From a virus: DNA of 40,660 bases. Both the position numbers and the translations under genes were made by a program. How positions within the stretch are numbered: position 1 is the stretch's first letter; each line of letters starts with the position of its first letter. Below are positions 1-8,408 of the stretch, in pieces. The notes under the pieces are model-generated. The model made no database searches, had not been told where the DNA came from, and saw only the letters and a program-made list of their open reading frames with translations. Location: the UHGV virus genome UHGV-0383422. One strand, written 5' to 3'.

Positions 1-15
1 CAGAACTATTAAACG

Positions 16-1266
16 TTATTCCCCCGCCATCCACTTCTCAAACTTCGACGGGGAGAACGGAATCAGATCCGTATGCTCCCCGTCAATCCATGAATCAATC
101 ATATCGGCCCACTGCTGCAACATGTAGGCGCGCTGTCTGGCGTATTCCGCTTTGTTATATACGGCGCGCACACCTTTCTGCTCATGTGCCAGAGCCTTTT
201 CAATCCAGTCTGAAGGATAACCAGCCTCATGCAACAACGTACTGGCTGTACGGCGCATATCATGTACAGTGAAGTCCTGAATATGCTCACCATCTTCATT
301 TATTATTTTCACCGTTCTGTCGATCAGAGAGTTCAGCGCGGCATTAGATAATGGCTTCCGGAAATTGTAACGACCAGGAACCAGATATTCACTTCCACCA
401 GCGCACATCTGCAACCCGACCAATATATCCTGTGCCTGTTTAGGCAGGTAAATAACGTGCGCCCGGCTTCCCTTCATGCGGTCTGGAGGAATTGTCCATG
501 TCCATTTTTTAAAATCTATTTCATCCCACGTTGCATTGGTGAATTCGCCCTTACGAACCATAGTGATAAGCACCAGTTTTAAAGCCATTTTCATAGTGCC
601 CATAGCACCAATGGCATCCAGCGTGCGGAAGAACAGGCCAATTTCTTCTGGTGCCAGTGTTCGCTCTCGTGGTTTAAATATGGCGATAGACGAAGGTTTA
701 ATGTCAGCCGCAGGATTAAACAAACCATGACCACGGTCATTGGCGTGACGGTATACGCTACTGATGATCTCCCTGGCCTGCACTGCTGTTGCCCGGCCAC
801 CGCGTTCGACAATCCGGTCACACAAATCACGAACCATCGATGTGGTAATTTCAGCCATCATTTTATTGCCAAGAACCGGAAGTATGTCACGGTCGATCAC
901 CGCCTGTTTCATTGCGCGGGTACTGTCAGCCAGGATGACGTGTTTCATATAACTGTCGGTATGTACCGCAAACGTCTCGGCACCACGAATCTTTTTGATA
1001 CCGTCACGTTTAGCCGCAGCCGGTGACTGGCCTGCTTTAAGCAGCTTCTTTGCAGCAATCAGTTCTTCTCGCGCTTCTGCCAGGCTGATACCGTCACGCC
1101 CATACTGCCCGATTACCAGTGTTTCGCGGCGACCGTTGATACGGTAGTCATAGCGAAACGAGACCGTGCCTGACGTAAGCACAGCTACATACAGCCCGTC
1201 ACGATCGGAGACCTTGTACAGTTTGTCCTGCGGCTTGAGGTTTTTTAATTTTGTATCGGTAAGCAC
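16..1266 (-). CDS. int: tyrosine integrase (P4-like phage integrase family)
   Basis: 416-aa ORF; C-terminal HDMRRT (HxxR) and catalytic-Tyr region RAVYNKAEY typical of tyrosine recombinases; located at the phage end. Confidence 0.9.
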   Translation of the reverse strand: MLTDTKLKNLKPQDKLYKVSDRDGLYVAVLTSGTVSFRYDYRINGRRETLVIGQYGRDGISLAEAREELIAAKKLLKAGQSPAAAKRDGIKKIRGAETFAVHTDSYMKHVILADSTRAMKQAVIDRDILPVLGNKMMAEITTSMVRDLCDRIVERGGRATAVQAREIISSVYRHANDRGHGLFNPAADIKPSSIAIFKPRERTLAPEEIGLFFRTLDAIGAMGTMKMALKLVLITMVRKGEFTNATWDEIDFKKWTWTIPPDRMKGSRAHVIYLPKQAQDILVGLQMCAGGSEYLVPGRYNFRKPLSNAALNSLIDRTVKIINEDGEHIQDFTVHDMRRTASTLLHEAGYPSDWIEKALAHEQKGVRAVYNKAEYARQRAYMLQQWADMIDSWIDGEHTDLIPFSPSKFEKWMAGE

Positions 1267-1307
1267 AATTCACCCGTATAGAAACCATTTTCATGACGGT
1301 ATGAGAG

Positions 1308-1324
1308 TATACCTTTAAGGTAAT
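1308..1324. promoter_or_regulatory. operator-like palindrome TATACCT-TTA-AGGTAAT upstream of int
   Basis: Member of the dispersed ATTACCT-N3-AGGTAAT family; 42-58 bp upstream of the int start codon; flanked by 9-bp inverted repeat TGACGGTAT/ATACCGTCA (1294-1302, 1323-1331). Confidence 0.45.
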
Positions 1325-1373
1325 ACCGTCACCTGTACCGACGAAAAATATGGTGTATAGTGAATAGAAATGA

Positions 1374-1410
1374 ATACATAAAAACAAAAACCCTCTGTTT
1401 TTACAGAGGG
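1374..1410 (-). terminator. rho-independent terminator after the lysis cassette
   Basis: Stem CCCTCTG/CAGAGGG (1391-1397/1404-1410) followed on the minus strand by TTTTTGTTTTTAT. Confidence 0.7.
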
Positions 1411-1583
1411 TTAAATTAGTATCTGAATAGGAATGAGTTGCTATGAGTTAGCTGTTAATCATTCCCACTCAATTATTTACGATAACCATAACCAATTGAG
1501 TGATAACATTTTTCCAAATCTCAATTTTTCCCGTACCGTTTTATATACCGTCACCGGAAATCAGTACCATGAAAAATGCCATG

Positions 1584-2066
1584 CTATCTGGTCAAAGTGT
1601 CGTACTGTTTTTCGCAGACTCTTCCGGCTTCGGCTGCCCGGTCAGCATACTCTGCCAGTTGTCTGTTTCTCTCGAGAGATTTGCTGAGCACGTCGGCAAG
1701 CAAAACTCCGGTGTCTGCGGCTGACGACCCAGCGCCGACAATGGCGTTATACTGCCTGAGCTGCTCACGGATGGCAAAGAGTTGTTGCTGCAACCGGCCA
1801 GCGCTAGCGGCAGCATCAAGAGCATCATTGCGCGCCTGGTCGATCCTCTGCTGAGCTTCACGTTCATTGGTCACTTTCTCCTGTTCGTAGTACTGACGAA
1901 CTTTGTCTTCTTCGGCTTTGCGGTCTTCTTCCGCCTGAGCATACCCGGCATCGTACTGGCGACTGCCGTGTATATTCCAGGCAACCACTCCTGATATGAC
2001 CAGAACAGCAAGCACTGCCACGATAAGAAACTGTTTCCAGTATGCTTTTACGAATGCCCAGATCAT
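1584..2066 (-). CDS. inner-membrane spanin subunit (Rz-like)
   Basis: 160 aa; N-terminal transmembrane segment then charged coiled-coil-like region; last gene of lysis cassette; start overlaps endolysin stop. Confidence 0.75.
   Translation of the reverse strand: MIWAFVKAYWKQFLIVAVLAVLVISGVVAWNIHGSRQYDAGYAQAEEDRKAEEDKVRQYYEQEKVTNEREAQQRIDQARNDALDAAASAGRLQQQLFAIREQLRQYNAIVGAGSSAADTGVLLADVLSKSLERNRQLAEYADRAAEAGRVCEKQYDTLTR
1592..1828 (-). CDS. outer-membrane lipoprotein spanin subunit (Rz1-like), embedded in Rz in another frame
   Basis: ORF fully inside Rz; N-terminus [14 protein letters not shown] has signal peptide and lipobox (LAGC); Pro-rich mature part; start Met chosen at the internal MM. 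Confidence 0.65.
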   Translation of the reverse strand: MMLLMLPLALAGCSNNSLPSVSSSGSITPLSALGRQPQTPEFCLPTCSANLSRETDNWQSMLTGQPKPEESAKNSTTL

Positions 2067-2692
2067 ACCGCCAGCACCTTACTGGCAGTGATGTACCGCG
2101 CTCGCCGGTCGTCGATGCCGTTCCGGCCACCATTGATAATCAGAGTTACACGTGCAATATCGCCGGTATACTTCATGCATCCTTTGCTGGCGAAGAACCA
2201 CGCCGCGCTACGAGCCGCATATTCGTCCTGCGCCAGCAGTTCAGGGCTCTCCAGCAGGTCAACCTTCAGACCGTTTCCGCAATCACGATAGTTATTCAAA
2301 CCGGTAATCTGGATAAGTCCGCGCCCTCGGTAATTCCAGCCATCACCAGGGGCATTGTTCCCCATGCGTTTGCTGTATACCAGATTTGCGATCGCGCGCT
2401 GGCGCTCAAGTGGCAATGGTGGTTCACCAGCACGGCGCCCCAGTGCATTAGCCTGCCCCTGAGTGAGACGCCCAGCCCGAACGAAGTTAGCCAGTCCGCT
2501 GACACTGTAGTTGAAATTCTCCTGCAACCTGGTGAAGCCCCCAGACTCATGCCCGACTTGAGCAATAAACATTGCCTGATCTTCTGCTTTGCTGATACCA
2601 AACTCTTTCATCGCAGAAGTTATATGCGAGAACCAGCGTGCGGCCAGTGCCTCGCTGATACCAGCAGCTCGCTGGAATTGTTTAATCTCCAT
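2063..2692 (-). CDS. endolysin, glycoside hydrolase family 19 (chitinase-like lysozyme)
   Basis: 209 aa from internal Met ([11 protein letters not shown]...) with GAGGT Shine-Dalgarno upstream; GH19-like motifs ([22 protein letters not shown]); the listed 264-aa version overlaps the upstream gene and is rejected. Confidence 0.8.
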   Translation of the reverse strand: MEIKQFQRAAGISEALAARWFSHITSAMKEFGISKAEDQAMFIAQVGHESGGFTRLQENFNYSVSGLANFVRAGRLTQGQANALGRRAGEPPLPLERQRAIANLVYSKRMGNNAPGDGWNYRGRGLIQITGLNNYRDCGNGLKVDLLESPELLAQDEYAARSAAWFFASKGCMKYTGDIARVTLIINGGRNGIDDRRARYITASKVLAV

Positions 2693-2990
2693 GTTTAGAC
2701 CTCGATACTTTAAAAATTTGAACGACGTTACCGCGCGTTTTAATAACCGCAGCCAGCATGACAGCGTTGATAATGACCTCAGATAAATCCACAGCCATTG
2801 GCGTACGTAACCAGATTGCATAGGCGACTCGAACAGGAATACTGGCCGCAGCAACAATCAGGAAATAAGCAAGCCATCCTCCCCACCTTCGATGTTGAGA
2901 GCCGTTACGCCGGAATGTGACAACGCGAATTGCTATGCCAGTGCAAATAACTGCATTGGTGATAAGCAAAAAAAACTCATGCGTTACCAT
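2682..2990 (-). CDS. second holin-like / lysis-accessory membrane protein
   Basis: 102 aa with about three hydrophobic helices; sits between holin and endolysin with overlapping ends. Confidence 0.5.
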   Translation of the reverse strand: MVTHEFFLLITNAVICTGIAIRVVTFRRNGSQHRRWGGWLAYFLIVAAASIPVRVAYAIWLRTPMAVDLSEVIINAVMLAAVIKTRGNVVQIFKVSRSKHGD

Positions 2991-3381
2991 CGTCTTTTCT
3001 CCCCGGAATTAACTCGCGTGGATTATCGGAACGGTGATAGAGCCATATACCAATACGCACAGCGACAATTGCTGACACGAATGCGCCTGCAGAGAAAACA
3101 ATCCCTTTTTCAAAAGAGTCCTGCGTGATGGTAGGGATCAGGCTGGCTATGCCGATAAGAATTGATGCTGCTGGTTTGTAAAAGAGAAGGCCGCAAAGAA
3201 AGCTGAGCATCGACAGGAGCACCCGGCGACGGATGGGGTACTCTACTGCAGAGGTAACAAAAATTACCGCCCCAGCCAAAGCCCCTAAAGCAACCTCCGG
3301 AGGGGCACCTGCAATAACCGCAGCAAGAGAACTAAAACTAAGCAACTGATTTAATTGCTCACTTGTTACTTGAGCAGACAT
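2977..3381 (-). CDS. holin-like membrane protein
   Basis: 134 aa, multiple transmembrane segments, charged C-terminus; first gene of lysis cassette; AGGAGAAAGT Shine-Dalgarno upstream. Confidence 0.6.
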   Translation of the reverse strand: MSAQVTSEQLNQLLSFSSLAAVIAGAPPEVALGALAGAVIFVTSAVEYPIRRRVLLSMLSFLCGLLFYKPAASILIGIASLIPTITQDSFEKGIVFSAGAFVSAIVAVRIGIWLYHRSDNPRELIPGRKDDGNA

Positions 3382-3662
3382 ACTTTCTCCTGTTTACTAT
3401 CTATAAGCCAGTCAATTATTGATGACTAAACCCGCATAGTAAACCATATATGAATCATTATTGTTCCATATCATATATCTCAATAAAAGTACTAATGATT
3501 TTACAGAACGAGCCAGCAGAGTGGGGGCAGTTGTACAGGAACCATAGACTTAATTTTGTATTTAATAATGCTATGGTGTAATAAACCTGAACATGTATTT
3601 AAAATACGTACTGATTCATGATAGAATTCAAAGATAACTTTTCACAAACTCCGTTTTTGATA

Positions 3663-3689
3663 CCCGCAAAATATTGCGGGCTTTTTTTT
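3663..3689 (+). terminator. intrinsic-terminator-like hairpin oriented for plus-strand transcription, at the tailspike 3' end
   Basis: Stem CCCGCAA/TTGCGGG followed by eight T on the plus strand; on the minus strand the hairpin is preceded, not followed, by the T/A run. Confidence 0.45.
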
Positions 3690-6600
3690 AACGTTCTTCC
3701 AGAGACTGAATCCGCTCTTTTATCTTATCCATTTCTCTGCGCTGCCATGCTGCCTCGATATAGAATAAGAGATCAGGTCTGACCCCCCATCTAGATCCTG
3801 CTGGCGTTATTTCAACGCGCTCAATGATGTCTTCCATTACCATCACTGGATTATCATCCTCATCAACAATGATGCTCCCGTCATTATCAGTCAGCGGCAT
3901 TTCCCTTTGGCCAGTAATGACGTCATCATATACTGCGGGATAATCGTCATAGCAAAGAAAGGCATAGCGGCATGTTGTGCTTTCTTCTTCCATGAGTCCG
4001 TGAGAAATAAGAACATCACGAAGTTGCTGCGCGATTACACCATGATGTATCCTCGCCCCTTCTTCCCCCTTTATAGCGACAGCGTTCAGCCATTTATAAG
4101 CGATATACCTGACGTCACCCCAGGCATCCAGCAATGCTTCGTCAGGAGAGACCGGCTCTGTCTTTAATGTTCCGTCACTGGTAACCACAGGATTGGAGCC
4201 AAGATAAACTGTCGAGAACCTGTTTCCCGGACCACCAAGAGCATTTACATTATCAAGATAAGGTTTAACATCTCCGTTCTCAAAAAGATGTTCGAGTGCG
4301 TTATATACCGCGCGACGTGGAGTACTGCTTCCGGAACCATGCAACGTTATCATTGCACCATCTGCTGAAGACGTTGTTTCACCGCCGCTAACGATTAATC
4401 TCTGAGCGGTAACATCATCAGACGGTACTTTCTTCGCAATAATGGCGTAATTACCCTCAAGTTTGACTTCCGCGCGAACTTGTCCTGATGTACCTGCATG
4501 GACAGTCAGTGACTGGACGGCAACATCATCTGTGAAATCAACGGGTACAGGAACCGTCCTCACGCCTGACGTCGACATAAAAGTAGGAAGCGTTCTGTTA
4601 GGAGTGGCTCCGTAGACAAAATCCCTTGAAACAAATTCTTCCTGTTTAATTTTCACCCTGAAACAATACAAATCAGCCGGGTGACCATCGTGAACATAAG
4701 GATATTTTCTGTTGTTATCCCCTATGCTCCATGGGTTTAGAAAGTCTTCCCCACCGAAAATGTAGTACAGCCAGTTGTCTTTGATACAAACTGAACCAAC
4801 ACCAACTGCAGAGTTAACTATTCCGCCCTGATAAATCTGATCAGTAACATTAACCCACTCTACATTATCCAGACTCCACTCATTGACGTTAACTCTGGTC
4901 ATAAATGTTCTTGGATAATTTCCTGCATAACGGTTATCAGGTTCTCCTCCTTCCCACTCACCAAATGCGCGCTCACTGCCAAAAATAATCAGCTCATCGC
5001 CAACTTTGGCAAAAGGAAGGTTTGAGTGATGAACATTATTTGGGAAGCGAAGAGAATTCCATGATGTACCTAAATCAGAGCTTCTGTGCAATGAACTACC
5101 GGGTTGAGTACTTAATGTCCCCCTGGTCGTCAGATACAGAATGCCATCATAATATTTTACACATGGCTCAGATGCATTCGCCTCATATTCTGCAGGTATG
5201 CGTCTGCGAACAAAGCTACCAGGAGAACCGAAAGCATCAGAGAAATAGAGTATCCCAAGCTCGCGTGGACCAATATCACCATTATGGTAGCCAACAGCAA
5301 AACTGTTATCGCTAATCGTCGCAAAACTGTGAATCTCAGTAACAGGAGTGCTTCCGTCAACAAAAGAAGGAATAGTTCCAAGACTGGTTTTTCTCCATGG
5401 TGACGAGTGAAATGATGTACCAAAACTCCAGTATCTACCCTCGTTATTCTGATCCACATCCTGGGTATTTTGCGTCGTAACTGTAAAAGTATTTTTATCA
5501 ATAACAGTAGTCACCGTCATATTCCCGGTAACACCTGTAACACCAGAGTTTGAGAAGTTGACAAAATCACCAGCAAATAATCCGTGATCAGTAATGCGAA
5601 TATAAGCGACTTGCTGATTTGCTGCTTTCGTTATACCACCATAAGCGCGAAGGCTGCGACTCATTGGGCGATCCCACAACTCTGCAACCTGCAGTTTATT
5701 TCCGCTCACGGTCCGCGTCTCAATTACAGCAAAAAGGCGATTTCTGACAACCCCCATACTCATGCAGTGATAGTTAACTGTGGGATAGTTTTCATGTAAA
5801 TCTGTAAGCCATTCCGGCGTTGTCCAGGTCTTCCCGTCATCTCCTGAGCGAACCCATGCAACATGGAGGTTATTTACACCATGGCGGTCTCCAGCCATAA
5901 AAGGCGCATAGATGACATTGTCATATACAAACGTTTTATCCTGCGTCCAGGCGTTGTACCACGGTGTATCTGTAATTTTAAATAACTCTCCCTGGATAAA
6001 ATCTTCAGAAGCATAAAAAAGAGGCTGGCCCGGTATTCTCTCAAATAAAAAACGAGCATTTTTAAATCGACTGACATCCGGAAGAGTTGATACTTTAAAA
6101 GTAAGCCCTAATCCGTCAATTTTATAACCTGGAGATGAGGCTTCAAGGCACGCGCTTATTGCAGTGGAATCGTCATTTATACCATCACCAACAGCTCCAA
6201 AATCTTTGGGGCTAATAGCATCACGCATTTTATCCTGGAACGTTCGGTACACAGCCCCAGAACCATACTGAATAAACCAACCAAAACCACCAACAACCCC
6301 GGCGATTGCAGCATCGACATAATTACGCATTGAGCGATTATTTACAGCGTCCTGCTCAAATGATGGATCTGCAAGGTTAGAAATTTTGTTTTGCTTTGCA
6401 TCGTAATATTTTGCAAGCAAAGATGGTTTCATCAATGCACGTCTGAACCACCCAAAACATTGCTGGATCAGCATCGTCAGGTAGTCAAAGGCATCTTCAT
6501 GCACTTCGGGGAAAAATTTTCCCTGATTGCGAAGGTCTGTCTCCTGCACTACATCAAGCACACGATCTATCGTAATTCGCCATCCAGTAGCAAGCGGAGA

Positions 6601-6807
6601 CGGAAGAACCACAGAACCGCCACTATAAGTGCCCGCCCCAGTTACCGTATAACCGGTATCCAGAACCAATTCTGTTACGTTTCCGTTCAGGTCAGACACC
6701 TGAACAACCAGGTCTGATTTTCTGAAAATTCGAAAAGTATACGGAAACGATGTCGTAACGCCGTTACCAGTGTATTCGTTGTGGTCAACTTCGGTTGAGA
6801 CCGTCAT
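3688..6807 (-). CDS. tailspike, endosialidase-like (endo-N-acetylneuraminidase) with C-terminal intramolecular chaperone domain
   Basis: 1039 aa; N-terminal particle-binding-like domain; sialidase Asp-boxes (SGDDGKTW, SSDLGTSW); C-terminal region (LGSNPVVTSDG...RIHHGVIAQQLRD...) resembles self-cleaving chaperone domains of endosialidase tailspikes (recollection, not searched). Confidence 0.8.
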   Translation of the reverse strand: MTVSTEVDHNEYTGNGVTTSFPYTFRIFRKSDLVVQVSDLNGNVTELVLDTGYTVTGAGTYSGGSVVLPSPLATGWRITIDRVLDVVQETDLRNQGKFFPEVHEDAFDYLTMLIQQCFGWFRRALMKPSLLAKYYDAKQNKISNLADPSFEQDAVNNRSMRNYVDAAIAGVVGGFGWFIQYGSGAVYRTFQDKMRDAISPKDFGAVGDGINDDSTAISACLEASSPGYKIDGLGLTFKVSTLPDVSRFKNARFLFERIPGQPLFYASEDFIQGELFKITDTPWYNAWTQDKTFVYDNVIYAPFMAGDRHGVNNLHVAWVRSGDDGKTWTTPEWLTDLHENYPTVNYHCMSMGVVRNRLFAVIETRTVSGNKLQVAELWDRPMSRSLRAYGGITKAANQQVAYIRITDHGLFAGDFVNFSNSGVTGVTGNMTVTTVIDKNTFTVTTQNTQDVDQNNEGRYWSFGTSFHSSPWRKTSLGTIPSFVDGSTPVTEIHSFATISDNSFAVGYHNGDIGPRELGILYFSDAFGSPGSFVRRRIPAEYEANASEPCVKYYDGILYLTTRGTLSTQPGSSLHRSSDLGTSWNSLRFPNNVHHSNLPFAKVGDELIIFGSERAFGEWEGGEPDNRYAGNYPRTFMTRVNVNEWSLDNVEWVNVTDQIYQGGIVNSAVGVGSVCIKDNWLYYIFGGEDFLNPWSIGDNNRKYPYVHDGHPADLYCFRVKIKQEEFVSRDFVYGATPNRTLPTFMSTSGVRTVPVPVDFTDDVAVQSLTVHAGTSGQVRAEVKLEGNYAIIAKKVPSDDVTAQRLIVSGGETTSSADGAMITLHGSGSSTPRRAVYNALEHLFENGDVKPYLDNVNALGGPGNRFSTVYLGSNPVVTSDGTLKTEPVSPDEALLDAWGDVRYIAYKWLNAVAIKGEEGARIHHGVIAQQLRDVLISHGLMEEESTTCRYAFLCYDDYPAVYDDVITGQREMPLTDNDGSIIVDEDDNPVMVMEDIIERVEITPAGSRWGVRPDLLFYIEAAWQRREMDKIKERIQSLEER

Positions 6808-6910
6808 GTTAAATCTCCAGATAGTCGCAGCACCCGTTGCGCCGCATATCTGGTTATTCTATTACCTGGAAAACCACATATGGATAGAAAGGCTGTAAAT
6901 ACGAATAGAT

Positions 6911-6927
6911 ATTACCTTTCAGGTAAT
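6911..6927. promoter_or_regulatory. operator-like palindrome ATTACCT-TTC-AGGTAAT (perfect 7-3-7)
   Basis: In the divergent intergenic region between tailspike and the LexA-controlled gene. Confidence 0.5.
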
Positions 6928-6963
6928 TTGCAAAACGTGCTGGATAGCAAACAAATTATTTGA

Positions 6964-6983
6964 TACTGTATAAATATACAGTT
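6964..6983 (+). promoter_or_regulatory. LexA (SOS) box TACTGTATAAATATACAGTT
   Basis: Perfect CTGT-N8-ACAG (6966-6981) with AT-rich spacer, about 20 bp upstream of the start codon at 7003; -35-like TTGATA at 6960-6965. Confidence 0.8.
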
Positions 6984-7002
6984 ATTGCATGGAGAAGATA
7001 AG

Positions 7003-7260
7003 ATGCAGCAGTATCACTATCCACTGGAAGACGGATTTACCGAAAGGATTCACACGCCGGGAGGCGTCAGGTCACTGGTGGAGGGATCGCACTTGATGAA
7101 ATTACTCCGGGATCTCGATAAGGATGGATTTAATGTCGATGGCCCACTTGCCGAACTGACTGCACTGATTAACTACGTCACCAGCTCACAGATGTCTATG
7201 CAGGATCTGCAAACACATCTCGACTATTGTGCCGAACAATTACGAAAACAAACCCGGTAA
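7003..7260 (+). CDS. small SOS-controlled antirepressor-like protein
   Basis: 85 aa from ATG at 7003 with GGAGA Shine-Dalgarno; LexA box upstream; clearly homologous to the C-terminal approx 80 aa of the Bro-N protein at 8409-9119. Confidence 0.7.
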   Translation: MQQYHYPLEDGFTERIHTPGGVRSLVEGSHLMKLLRDLDKDGFNVDGPLAELTALINYVTSSQMSMQDLQTHLDYCAEQLRKQTR

Positions 7261-7266
7261 ATTTAA

Positions 7267-7284
7267 AGGCCGCAAGAGCGGCCT
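7267..7284. terminator. hairpin between convergent genes (possible bidirectional terminator)
   Basis: Stem AGGCCGC/GCGGCCT with AAGA loop; T-rich flanks on both sides. Confidence 0.45.
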
Positions 7285-8011
7285 ATCGTTTCGCTTTGTG
7301 CTCGTCCCAGCACGTTTTGCACCATGCCATTAAGCCGTCCGCATTTTGATTATTAGGGTAAAAGCTGGTCCGTTTTCTGCGGACATTACAAATTGGGCAC
7401 CACTTCATATGGCGTGTATTCTTTGGGCCATCGAGACACCTTGCACACCACTTAGTCAATCCATCTGGATTTTTTGACGATTTCCGGAATTTGTCATATG
7501 GAAGGTTTATTCTGCATCGCAAACACTGCTTGCGGCCACTTGAAACTCTGTTAGCTGATTCTTCTTTTGGCGGCGATACAGAAGGTATTCTTGCTGGCTC
7601 TGATACTGCCTGAGGTGCTTTTTTAGATGACTGAGACGATATGTCATCACCAGGGAATCTTCCATGATATGCCGGACGCATTGATACTCCAGGTGGAAGC
7701 TCAGCTGTAAACGGCTTTGGCTGAATCAGTTGCCTCTCTTTTGCTAACTCCTGCTGTTTACAATATGTCTGGATTACCGCACTATCATAAGCAGGAGGTG
7801 CGGAAATATTAGGCGCATTACCTCCAGTTTTTTGAAACTGAGTAGAGGTGTGTTCTATCACCTGTGTACGATTAATCGTTATCTCCCCATCTTCGGTCTT
7901 TATCGTTTTGTTATGATTAACGACCGTACGATCAGAGATCTTAGTCTTGTTCTGGTTGATAACGTAAATAATCACCGCAACCACACCAACAACTATCCAG
8001 AAAACTTCCAT
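7283..8011 (-). CDS. membrane-anchored protein with C-terminal tandem Cys4 zinc-ribbon repeats (function unknown)
   Basis: 242 aa; N-terminal transmembrane helix; two approx 30-aa repeats each CxxC...DGL..WC..C; GAGGAA Shine-Dalgarno. Confidence 0.65.
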   Translation of the reverse strand: MEVFWIVVGVVAVIIYVINQNKTKISDRTVVNHNKTIKTEDGEITINRTQVIEHTSTQFQKTGGNAPNISAPPAYDSAVIQTYCKQQELAKERQLIQPKPFTAELPPGVSMRPAYHGRFPGDDISSQSSKKAPQAVSEPARIPSVSPPKEESANRVSSGRKQCLRCRINLPYDKFRKSSKNPDGLTKWCARCLDGPKNTRHMKWCPICNVRRKRTSFYPNNQNADGLMAWCKTCWDEHKAKR

Positions 8012-8030
8012 TGCTTTTCCTCACAATAAC

Positions 8031-8047
8031 ATTACCTTAAAGGTAAT
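8031..8047. promoter_or_regulatory. operator-like palindrome ATTACCT-TAA-AGGTAAT (perfect)
   Basis: 20-36 bp upstream of the start codon of the 7283-8011 gene; a weaker copy ATTACCT-TTG-CGGTAAA lies at 8124-8140. Confidence 0.5.
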
Positions 8048-8408
8048 ATCTTGCTTTCAGGTGATCAAGCGTTAAACGCCACCAACCAAATACGGTTGAT
8101 TTTGATATTTCTCCGCGTTTATCATTACCTTTGCGGTAAATTTACATCGCACTCCTCTTGTGCCATAGTAATCGGGCACTGGCAAAATCCAGTGCCGGGA
8201 TTGGCGTCCCGGGTTACTAAGTGGCGCATACCACGCCAGACGTGGTTTTTTTATGCGTTAAGCACAGCTATATCCGAATTATGGTGGGCTGGGCAGGGGT
8301 CCGAAAGGACGCCGGTACCACTTAGGCCGGTACGCCAACCTTGTCCAGTTCACCACCAGTAATTGGCGTTGCGGTGGTGATTAAAATCACTAAGTGGAGA
8401 TAACCACC

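Noticed and set aside
1-15. Attachment site at the left window edge
   Set aside because: Only 15 nt lie beyond the integrase stop and the right phage end is outside the window, so no matching direct repeats can be identified.
2063-2857. Long 264-aa form of the endolysin ORF
   Set aside because: The N-terminal 55 codons overlap the upstream holin-like gene and lack a ribosome-binding site; the internal ATG at 2692 has a GAGGT Shine-Dalgarno and gives a normal-length GH19 enzyme.
3382-3662. Possible small plus-strand ORF or sRNA in the AT-rich spacer between lysis cassette and tailspike
   Set aside because: Only a 45-codon ORF with no ribosome-binding site; more likely promoter DNA for the lysis genes, though the adjacent plus-oriented terminator leaves an sRNA possible.
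8051-8362. Listed 103-aa plus-strand ORF in the Bro-N leader
   Set aside because: Starts at TTG with no ribosome-binding site, is Trp/Arg/Cys-rich, and coincides with hairpins and a terminator; more likely structured RNA.
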